Below are positions 1 through 11,146 of a stretch of DNA of 64,000 bases, in pieces. The position numbers and the translations under genes were made by a program. Location: the NCBI GenBank assembly GCA_963781585.1, contig CAWAGQ010000006.1, positions 416,001 to 480,000 on the forward strand, read 5' to 3'. How positions within the stretch are numbered: position 1 is the first letter of the stretch; each line of letters begins with the position of its first letter. The DNA is from an uncultured Gemmatimonadaceae bacterium (GTDB lineage Bacteria > Gemmatimonadota > Gemmatimonadetes > Gemmatimonadales > Gemmatimonadaceae). Under the pieces are notes generated by a model. That model was given only the letters and a program-made list of their open reading frames with translations. It made no database searches and was not told the origin of the DNA.

Positions 1-1166
1 CAGAAGGTGCCGTTGCCAGCGTTCGGAAAGAAGTTGCCCTTCGTTTGCGGGACGCTGATCGAGAAGACCGTGCGTCCGGCGCAGGAGTCCTTTCCGGAGA
101 CGGCGCTGCCATAGTTGATGAACGTGCCGTTGGCCGCTGTGGGCGAGCCGTACCTGGCGGTGAAATAGGTATGACCGCCGCCTTGTTCACTCGCCTGGGC
201 GCCATAGTTATAGAAGAAACCGCTGCCGGCCGACGATCCCGCTGTGGGGTCCATATAAGGCTTGTTGTTGTTGAAGCTGGTGACTCCGCCATTGCCCCCG
301 GCGGCGGTGGCGGCATAGTTGTGGAAGTTGCCGTTCGCCGCCGTGGCAGTGCCGTCGAACGCCACGTCGCCGCCGTTCGCGTGGGGGACCGTCCCGCCCA
401 GGTTGTGGAACACGCCGTTGCCCGCGCTCGCGGTGACGTAAAACTGCGTGTTGCCGCCATCGCAACCGTCCAGCGTCCCGCCGGCGTTTGTGAACACGGC
501 ATTGGCCGCAGTCGCGGCATCGCGGAACACCGCGTTGCCGAACGTGTCACCCTTGTTCGCGGTGCTCGTGGAGCCGTAGACGGCGAACCGTGCGGTTCCG
601 CCCGATGAAGAGTCGCAGAAGCTCACCTCGCCGCCCACCGTACTGTCGTTCTTCGGCGGCGCGCCCTCGCCGGTCGTAATGGTGAATGAGGCGGAGCCGG
701 CGGTGGACGTGTCGTAGAAACCGATGACGCCCCCGCCAATGGCCGCGGGCGTGGCGGGACCAGAGACGTAGGAGACGCCGGGCCCTCCCGCGCTCGCCGA
801 GTTCCTGAACTTCAGCAGCACCTGCGCATAGTCCTGGGCGGCAGACGCGACGACGAAACGCTGCGGGTTGGGGGAGTCGGTCGACACTCCGGCACCCGTG
901 ATCGTGAGCGCCGGTACGGCGGCGTCGGGAGTGGTGAACGTGAACGTGTAGGGCGGTGCGTCGGCGGTAAACGCGATGCTCTCGACCGTGGCGTTACTGC
1001 TCGACGAAAAGACGATTCCCGTCCGGGAAGACGCGCCAAAGGTGGCGGTACTCGTGGGCACGCTGGCGGGGTTCCAGTTCGTCGCCGTGTTCCATTCGCC
1101 GGATGCTGGTTGCGTTCCCCAGGTGGAGTCTCCTGCGGCGGCGGACACTGATGGGCGATTGCTCAT
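1..1166 (-). CDS. Gly/Ala/Asn/Thr-rich beta-helix repeat protein (autotransporter passenger-like); 3' end runs off the window
   Basis: Absent from the ORF track because there is no stop in the window. Manual translation from ATG 1166 (GAGG/GGAG upstream) gives MSNRPSVSAAAGDSTWGTQPASGEWNTATNWNP..., then ~30-aa repeats of AxAxNxxFxNxGG (ATAANAVFTNAGG, ASAGNGVFHNLGG, ATAANGNFHNYAA, PTAANGTFINYGS). Confidence 0.75.
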   Translation of the reverse strand, partial: MSNRPSVSAAAGDSTWGTQPASGEWNTATNWNPASVPTSTATFGASSRTGIVFSSSSNATVESIAFTADAPPYTFTFTTPDAAVPALTITGAGVSTDSPNPQRFVVASAAQDYAQVLLKFRNSASAGGPGVSYVSGPATPAAIGGGVIGFYDTSTAGSASFTITTGEGAPPKNDSTVGGEVSFCDSSSGGTARFAVYGSTSTANKGDTFGNAVFRDAATAANAVFTNAGGTLDGCDGGNTQFYVTASAGNGVFHNLGGTVPHANGGDVAFDGTATAANGNFHNYAATAAGGNGGVTSFNNNKPYMDPTAGSSAGSGFFYNYGAQASEQGGGHTYFTARYGSPTAANGTFINYGSAVSGKDSCAGRTVFSISVPQTKGNFFPNAGNGTF

Positions 1167-1228
1167 GTTCTCCACCTCAGGCGATAAGGAGTTGAAAGGG
1201 AAAACTGCGGATCGCAACAAGCAGCGCC

Positions 1229-2404
1229 TCACCGCAGCAGGTCGAGCGCCGCCTCCTGCATCCGCCGCTGCGCTTCGGTTGCCGGGGTCGCGGTGTTGGT
1301 CGTGTTGAATACCGCGATCACCGAGAGCGTGCTCACCGGATCGAAGTAGTAGAACGACCGGAAGCCGGCCTGGCTTCCGGTATGGCCCAGAATGCGGTGG
1401 CCGTCGCGGTCGAGCACGAAGAACGCGAGCCCCATCCACTGGTGCGGTGCGGCCTCGTAGCTCTGCGACATCGGCTTCCCGGGTCGCCACATCTCCTCGA
1501 GACTCGACCGCGAGAGCACCACGTCGTACCGGGCCCGGGACATCCCTGGCAGGACGGCCCCGGTCAGGAAGGCCGTATACTTCACCAGATCGTTCACCGG
1601 TGCGTTCCAGGCGCCGTTAGGCGATGTGATCCCCGGATCGAAGTCGGCGCCGTTGTCCACCACCTGCGGCCGGCCCGCCGAATCCTTCCGGACGTAGTAG
1701 TTGTGTGACCGCTGGCCGGCCAGAAAATACGGCGTGCCGCGAAAATAGCTGCGGCTGAGGTCGAGCGGGGCAAAGATGTTCTTCTGGACGTACGCATCCC
1801 ACGGGTCGCCGGTGATCTGCTCGATGACGCGTGCCAGATAGATGAAGGCAGGGTTCGAATAGCTGTACCGGGATCCCGGCGGGAAGAGCAGTTCCTGGTA
1901 CGGCATCATGGCCACGAGCTGGTTCCAGGTCGTGGGCTCGAACGGTTCCCACGGCTTGCCATTGCCCCACGGCCAGGTGGGATTCTGGAATCCCGCGGTG
2001 TGCGACAGCAGCATGCGGATGGTGATGCTGTCGATCATGTTGTAGGGGTCGTGAATCTGCCGCAGCTCCGGCACCCAGCGCACGATCCGGTCGTCGAGCG
2101 AGAGCTTCCCGCGATCGCGAAGCTGCATGATCGAGATCGCAGTGAGCGACTTGGTGATCGAACCCCAGTGGAAGATCGTCTGGGAGTCGACGGCCGCGTG
2201 TGTCGCGCGGTCCGCGTCGCCGGTGTCGTAGCGGCCGATGACACGGCCGTTTTTCATGAGGACCACGCTGGCGCCCACCACCCTGTCGCTGTCGACGTAG
2301 GCCTGGAAGGTGTGCGTGAACGCGGCCCAGGTCGGCGGGGCCTGCGCGATGCCGATGGCGGGTGCGAGCGCGGCGAGCGCGGCGGCGCGATGGAGGGAGG
2401 TCAT
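1229..2404 (-). CDS. Secreted serine hydrolase, beta-lactamase/AmpC-like family
   Basis: SxxK (GSITK), YxN (YSN) and HTG motifs; N-terminal signal-peptide-like segment. Confidence 0.9.
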   Translation of the reverse strand: MTSLHRAAALAALAPAIGIAQAPPTWAAFTHTFQAYVDSDRVVGASVVLMKNGRVIGRYDTGDADRATHAAVDSQTIFHWGSITKSLTAISIMQLRDRGKLSLDDRIVRWVPELRQIHDPYNMIDSITIRMLLSHTAGFQNPTWPWGNGKPWEPFEPTTWNQLVAMMPYQELLFPPGSRYSYSNPAFIYLARVIEQITGDPWDAYVQKNIFAPLDLSRSYFRGTPYFLAGQRSHNYYVRKDSAGRPQVVDNGADFDPGITSPNGAWNAPVNDLVKYTAFLTGAVLPGMSRARYDVVLSRSSLEEMWRPGKPMSQSYEAAPHQWMGLAFFVLDRDGHRILGHTGSQAGFRSFYYFDPVSTLSVIAVFNTTNTATPATEAQRRMQEAALDLLR

Positions 2405-2431
2405 GGGAACCGACGGCGGGGGAGCACGCGG

Positions 2432-3957
2432 TCAGGAAACCACAGCGTGTTGCGTGGCCCAGAGCGCGGCGGCGGCCCGGGTCGAAACGCCGATTTTCGT
2501 ATAGATGTGCTGGATGTGATGATCGGCCGTCTTGGCGAGATGTTGAGCCGGTCGCCAATCTGCCGGGTCGTGAGTCCCCGTGCCGCGAGCTGCAGTACGT
2601 CGACCTCGCGACGGGAGAGCCCGCCCGGATTTTTCGGGCGTGGGCCGGTGCGCGCTTTCGGCTCGCCGTGGCCCGCGGACACGAGCACCGCGCGGCTCGC
2701 CCGCGGCTCGATCACGCCTGACGACGCAAGCCGGCGCAGTTCGGCCGCGGCCTGCTCGGCGGAAAACGGCGGCCGGTCGGCTCGTTCGGTGGTCATCCCC
2801 ACATAGATCTCGGTCGCGGCAAGGACACCCGCACCGGGATCGATCGCCGCGGCAAGCACGCGCTTGTGGTAGCCGGATCCATCGCTCTTTTCGTGGTGCG
2901 CGCTGGCGACCGGGTTCAGGGCGGCCAGTGCCGGCGAACGCCTCAGCATCTGCTCGGTCAGCATCGGGTGCAGCTCGACGCGGTCGAATTCCGCACGGGT
3001 GAGCGCCGCTGGCTTGTCCCAGATGGAGTTCGGCACGCCGGTGGTGCCGAAGTCGTGCAGGAGCGCAGCCCTGCGGAGCGAGGCGACGGCGTCGTCGCTG
3101 AAGCCGAGCAGCCGGGCCGCGTCGGCGGCGAGCTGCGCGCAGCGACGGCTGTGTCCCACCATGTACGGCGACTTGAGGTCGATGAAGTCCGCCGCCACCG
3201 CGAGCGCGTCGTCGAGCTGAGCGCCACTCAAGATGCGATGTGGTTTCGGCTCGAGGTCGAGGACGGCATCCCACGGCTCGGTCTTCTCGAGCCGGTCGAA
3301 CCAGCTGGAGCCATGCGCGAGAAACAGGTCCGCGAGGACCGGGTCGTACGTGCGGTCCCGGCGGTCGCGGACGGCGTCGAGCGCCCGGGCCGGCGAGAAG
3401 ATCCGGCCAATCGACTCCATGTCGTGGCTCAAGTGGACGATCCGCATCGGCAACGGGATCGCGTCACCGCGCGCATGGGCAGGATAGCCATTGCCGTTCC
3501 AGCGCTCGAAGGTGTAGCGCAGCGCCTCGCGAACGTCCGGGCCGAAGTCGAGGCGTTGCACCAGCATGTCGGCCACTTCGCATCCCGACGCGAAGTTGTG
3601 CACCGCCCACTCGCGCGCGGTCTGTTGAATCATCTGCACGATCTGGTCGCGCTGATCCTGGGGATGGCCGGCCGTCGCGTAGGCAATCACGTCGCGCATG
3701 ACCTCGGCCGGATTCGCGGCGTCGTGCACCAGCGTCTGGGCGCGAATCGCGATCTCGTCGCCGAATACCGTGGCTACCTCGTGGGCGTGACCGGTGCAAC
3801 CGATGTACCGGAGGAGCGCCACCCAGTAGGTGGTCTCGCGCACTCTCCGTTCGAACCCCGCGGCCTCGCACATCCACGTCGCGAGCAGGCACGATCTGAG
3901 CTGCGATTCCAGCGGCTGACCGAACGCGTTGTCCTGCGCCAGGGCCAGGGTGGCCAC
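2432..3957 (-). pseudogene. HD-domain phosphohydrolase fused to C-terminal LuxR HTH; 1-bp frameshift near 2535 (pseudogene or sequencing error)
   Basis: HD-type motifs (LLHDFG, HHEKSDGSGY) and LuxR start GLSRREVDVLQLAARG. The conserved HTH tail KTADHHIQHIYTKIGVSTRAAAALWA is in another frame ending at 2432. Confidence 0.8.
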
Positions 3958-3988
3958 GAATTCACCGAGACGAAGCGGCGGCGTGGAA

Positions 3989-4006
3989 ATAGGGAACTCT
4001 CCCGAT
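3989..4006. promoter_or_regulatory. Imperfect 18-bp palindrome ATAGGGAACTCTCCCGAT, putative operator
   Basis: AT.GGGA-N4-TCCC.AT dyad (12/18 positions symmetric) between the divergent HD-LuxR and binding-protein genes. Confidence 0.45.
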
Positions 4007-4108
4007 GCAGTGGCCTGCGGGCAGGCGCACCATGTATGCGACCAAAGCGCGCGTACCTAACGTCGCGCCGAGCGGATCCGGCAACGTACTTCCTGGAGGG
4101 GTGGACTC

Positions 4109-5224
4109 ATGACGGCATCAACGGCTCGACCAATCAGGGTGGGAGTTCTCGCGGACGAAACCGGTCCGCTCTCGTTCATCGGGCTCGCCAATGCCAACGT
4201 CGCCAGAATGGTCATTGCGGACATCAATGGCAAGGGTGGCCTGTTGGGGCGTCAGGTGGACCTCTTCCTCGAGGACAGCGCGACCGATGATTCGGTGGCC
4301 GCGGCCAGGGCGACGAAGCTGGTGGAGCACGACGACGTCGACGTGATCTTCGGCGGCATCTTCAGCTCCACGAGGCAGGCCATCAAGGGTCCGGCGGTCC
4401 GGAAGGGGAAGAAGCTGTACATCTATCCCGAGCAGTACGAGGGGCAGGAATGCGACCCGCTCATCTTCTGTACCGGCCCGGTGCCGGCGCAGCAGGTGGA
4501 CCCGTTCATTCCGTGGCTGATGCGGGAGACGGGAGCGAAAAAGTTCTACCTGCCGTCGGCGGACTACATCTGGCCGCGGGTGATGAACCGGAAGGTGCGC
4601 GGCGTGGTCGCGGCCAACGGCGGCGAGATCGTCGGAGAGGAGTACTTCCCTCTCGATCACGCGGACTACGGCGGGACGATCGCGAAGATCATGTCCAGCG
4701 GGACCGAGGTCGTGTTCAATACCACCGTTCCTCCCGGCGTCACGCCGTTCCTCGCGCAGCTTCATGACGCCGGCTTCGCGAAGCGTGGCGGGCACATCGT
4801 CTGCACGTACTTCGACGAGAACCTGCTGAACATGGTGCCCGCCGAGCACGCCGAGGGCATGTACAGTTGCCTCGACTACTACCAGGCCGTGAGCGATCCA
4901 TTCAGCAAGCGACTGCTCGAGCAGTACGACACGCTCTATCCCGGCAAGCCGCAGTTCACGGCCGGCAGTGCGTGTTCAGGTCTCTACCGGGGTCTCAGGC
5001 TCTGGGAGGCCGCGGTGCAGGAAGCCGGCTCGCTCGAGCAGCGCGATGTGATCAGCGCGCTGGACCACGCGAAGCTCGCCGAAGGGCCCGGCGGTCCCGC
5101 GGAAATGGTGCCGGGACAGCATCACGTTCGCATGAACATGTACATCGCCCAGGCCCACCACGGCCATTTCCGGATCATCAAGAGCCTCGGCGCCATGGAC
5201 CCCAGGGAGTACGTACAGGGGTGA
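4109..5224 (+). CDS. AmiC/UrtA-like substrate-binding protein (branched-chain amino acid/amide/urea family)
   Basis: INGKGGLLGRQV, YPEQYEG and DYIWPR motifs; GGAGG RBS; no signal peptide and no permease genes adjacent. Confidence 0.85.
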   Translation: MTASTARPIRVGVLADETGPLSFIGLANANVARMVIADINGKGGLLGRQVDLFLEDSATDDSVAAARATKLVEHDDVDVIFGGIFSSTRQAIKGPAVRKGKKLYIYPEQYEGQECDPLIFCTGPVPAQQVDPFIPWLMRETGAKKFYLPSADYIWPRVMNRKVRGVVAANGGEIVGEEYFPLDHADYGGTIAKIMSSGTEVVFNTTVPPGVTPFLAQLHDAGFAKRGGHIVCTYFDENLLNMVPAEHAEGMYSCLDYYQAVSDPFSKRLLEQYDTLYPGKPQFTAGSACSGLYRGLRLWEAAVQEAGSLEQRDVISALDHAKLAEGPGGPAEMVPGQHHVRMNMYIAQAHHGHFRIIKSLGAMDPREYVQG

Positions 5225-5300
5225 AGCACGGCAGACGTCGTCAGGTCAGGTTCGCAACCCAGTCGCGCAAGCGACGACCCTTCCCACACCGGAGAGAGCC

Positions 5301-5573
5301 ATGATACTCGCAACAACGACCGTCGAGGATTTCGACCGCTTCATGAAGATCTTCTCGACCACGGGCGCGGACAAGCGCAAACAGCACGGGTCCCGGGGCG
5401 CGCTGGTCTTTCGCGATCCCAATCAGGCGGACCGCGTATGGGCGATCTTCGACTGGGACGAGAAGGGCTGGCAGAGCTTCGTGTCGGATCCCGCGGTGCC
5501 GCCGATCATGAAGGAAGCGGGGCACAAGGAAAGGCCGCAGGCGTTGACGCTCGCTGGCGAGTGCGGGGCGTAG
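5301..5573 (+). CDS. Small hypothetical protein, probable dimeric alpha/beta barrel
   Basis: 90 aa with a VEDFDRF...VFRDPN...MKEAG pattern; GGAG RBS. Confidence 0.7.
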   Translation: MILATTTVEDFDRFMKIFSTTGADKRKQHGSRGALVFRDPNQADRVWAIFDWDEKGWQSFVSDPAVPPIMKEAGHKERPQALTLAGECGA

Positions 5574-5639
5574 TGGATGGGTCCGTGCGGGGCGGCGCGT
5601 GGTCGTCGCCCCGCCGGATGTTCCACGCGCCGCTGCCTC

Positions 5640-9173
<3,534 letters not shown>

Positions 9174-9201
9174 TCAGCATCGCCCGATTATCATCGTGGC
9201 T

Positions 9202-10701
9202 ATGACGGAACATGCGGTGGTGATAGCCGGAGGCGGTCCGACGGGGCTGATGTTGGCGGGCGAGCTGGCGTTGGCGGAGGTCGACGTCGCGATTGTCGAG
9301 CGGCGCGCCAGCCAGGAGCTCATCGGCTCGCGCTCGGGCGGTCTGCATTCACGCACCATCGAGATTCTCGATCAACGCGGAATCGCGGATCGGTTCCTCT
9401 CGCAGGGGCAGAGGGCTCAGGTCGCCGGGTTCGCCGCGACCCGCCTGGACATCAGCGACTTTCCCACCCGCCACCCCTACGGACTCGGGCTGTGGCAGAA
9501 CCACATCGAGCGGATATTGGCCGGCTGGGTCGGCGAGCTGGAGGTGACGTTCTATCGCGGACGTGAGGTGACGGGCTTCGCGCAGGACGACGCCGGCGTC
9601 GACATCCAGCTGTCCGATGGCCAGTCGCTACGGGCGCAATATCTCGTCGGGTGCGACGGAGGACGCAGCCTGGTCCGCAAGGCCGCCGGCATCGAGTTCC
9701 CCGGGTGGGATCCGACGACGAGCAGCCTGATCGCCGAGGTCGAGATGACCGGGAAGCCGGAATTGGGCATGCGCCGAGACGCTCGCGGCGTCTATGGCCT
9801 CGGTCGCGTGGAGTACGAGATCCGCAACGGTGAGGTGGTCTACAAGGATGAAGGGACGGTACGGGTCATGTTGACCGAAGAGCACGTCGGCGCCGCGACG
9901 GATCCCACCATCCAGGATCTCAGCGAGGGCCTCATCGCCGTCTACGGGTCCGATTACGGGATCCACAGCCCCACCTTCATCTCCCGGTTCACCGACATGA
10001 CCCGGCAAGCCGCGGCCTACCGCAAGGGACGGGTGCTGCTGGCCGGCGACGCGGCGCACGTGCATTCCCCGGTCGGCGGACAGGGCCTCAACACCGGCGT
10101 GCAGGATGCTGTGAACCTGGGATGGAAGCTGGCCCAGGTGGTCCACCGGACGGCGCCGGAAAGCCTGCTGGATACCTATCATGCCGAGCGCCACCCGGTC
10201 GCTGCCCGTGTGCTGCGCACCACGATGGCGCAGGTCGCGCTCATGCGCGCCGACGATCGCATCGAGGCGCTGCGCGACACCGTGTCCGAGTTGCTGAGCA
10301 TGGACGAGCCGCGCAAACGATTCGCCGCGATGATGTCCGGTCTGGACATCCACTACGACCTGGGCGAGGGACACCCTCTGCTCGGACGCCGTATGCCCGA
10401 TCTCGACCTGGTCACCGCCAACGGCCCGCTGCGGGTTTTCACGCTCCTGCACGACGCCCGGCCGGTGCTCCTCAACCTCGGCGAGCCCGGCGGCTTCGAC
10501 ATCACTCCATGGGCGGATCGGGTTCAGTTGACCGACGCCAGGTACGAAGGTACGTGGGAGCTTCCGGCGATCGGGGCGGTCATTGCTCCTACCGCGGTGT
10601 TGATTCGGCCTGACGGGTATGTGGCCTGGGTGGGAGACCTGGCCCAGCTGGGGCTCGTCGACGCGCTGACCACCTGGTTCGGACCGCCTGCTGCGGCGTA
10701 G
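9202..10701 (+). CDS. FAD-dependent monooxygenase (aromatic hydroxylase/Rox-like family)
   Basis: IAGGGPTG, VGCDGGRS, LAGDAAHVHSPVGGQGLNTG and LIRPDGYVAW motifs; start at MTEHAVV. Confidence 0.9.
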   Translation: MTEHAVVIAGGGPTGLMLAGELALAEVDVAIVERRASQELIGSRSGGLHSRTIEILDQRGIADRFLSQGQRAQVAGFAATRLDISDFPTRHPYGLGLWQNHIERILAGWVGELEVTFYRGREVTGFAQDDAGVDIQLSDGQSLRAQYLVGCDGGRSLVRKAAGIEFPGWDPTTSSLIAEVEMTGKPELGMRRDARGVYGLGRVEYEIRNGEVVYKDEGTVRVMLTEEHVGAATDPTIQDLSEGLIAVYGSDYGIHSPTFISRFTDMTRQAAAYRKGRVLLAGDAAHVHSPVGGQGLNTGVQDAVNLGWKLAQVVHRTAPESLLDTYHAERHPVAARVLRTTMAQVALMRADDRIEALRDTVSELLSMDEPRKRFAAMMSGLDIHYDLGEGHPLLGRRMPDLDLVTANGPLRVFTLLHDARPVLLNLGEPGGFDITPWADRVQLTDARYEGTWELPAIGAVIAPTAVLIRPDGYVAWVGDLAQLGLVDALTTWFGPPAAA

Positions 10702-10742
10702 CGAACCGAGGTCAAGCGGAATGCAGGCGATAGTTGATCGGT

Positions 10743-10804
10743 CGCTCCTATTGACCGTTGCAGGGAGAACGGTTATCGTCTCCCTGTAACAGGCAATAGG
10801 AGCG
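10743..10804 (+). promoter_or_regulatory. 26-bp inverted repeat covering a sigma70-like promoter and the RBS of the first PadR gene
   Basis: Arms 10743-10768 and 10779-10804 match 23/26. TTGACC (10751)-17 nt-TATCGT (10774); AGGAG at 10798-10802. Confidence 0.7.
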
Positions 10805-10808
10805 CACG

Positions 10809-11141
10809 GTGAGCCAGAGCAAGACCGATCTCCTGCAGGGCACGCTCGATCTCATCGTCCTCCGAATGCTCCGTGGACAGTCCGCGAACGGATGGGAGCT
10901 GACGCAATCCATCCAGGCCGTCACCAAAGGCGTTCTTGACATCAATTACGGGTCCATCTACCCTGCGCTCCGGCGTCTCGAGGCTCGTGGACTCGTCAAA
11001 GGCCGTTGGGCCACGTCCGAGAACAACCGGCGTGCGCGATTCTACGAGCTCACCGCGTCCGGCCGGAAGCAGCTCGAAACGGAGCGGCAGTCGTGGGAGC
11101 GCTTCGCGCATGCCCTCGGCCTCATCCTCGACCAGACCTGA
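10809..11141 (+). CDS. PadR-family transcriptional regulator (acidobacterial type)
   Basis: LLQGTLDLIVL, GSIYPALRRLE and SENNRRARFYELT motifs. Confidence 0.92.
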   Translation: MSQSKTDLLQGTLDLIVLRMLRGQSANGWELTQSIQAVTKGVLDINYGSIYPALRRLEARGLVKGRWATSENNRRARFYELTASGRKQLETERQSWERFAHALGLILDQT

Positions 11142-11146
11142 CGATC

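Noticed and set aside
45..608. 187-aa plus-strand ORF
   Set aside because: Shadow of the minus-strand beta-helix repeat gene.
1229..2404. Antibiotic-resistance beta-lactamase
   Set aside because: The motifs are shared by the broad serine hydrolase family; there is no specific evidence for beta-lactam hydrolysis.
9202..10701. Rifampin monooxygenase (rox) call
   Set aside because: Same family, but substrate cannot be assigned from motifs, so no symbol is given.
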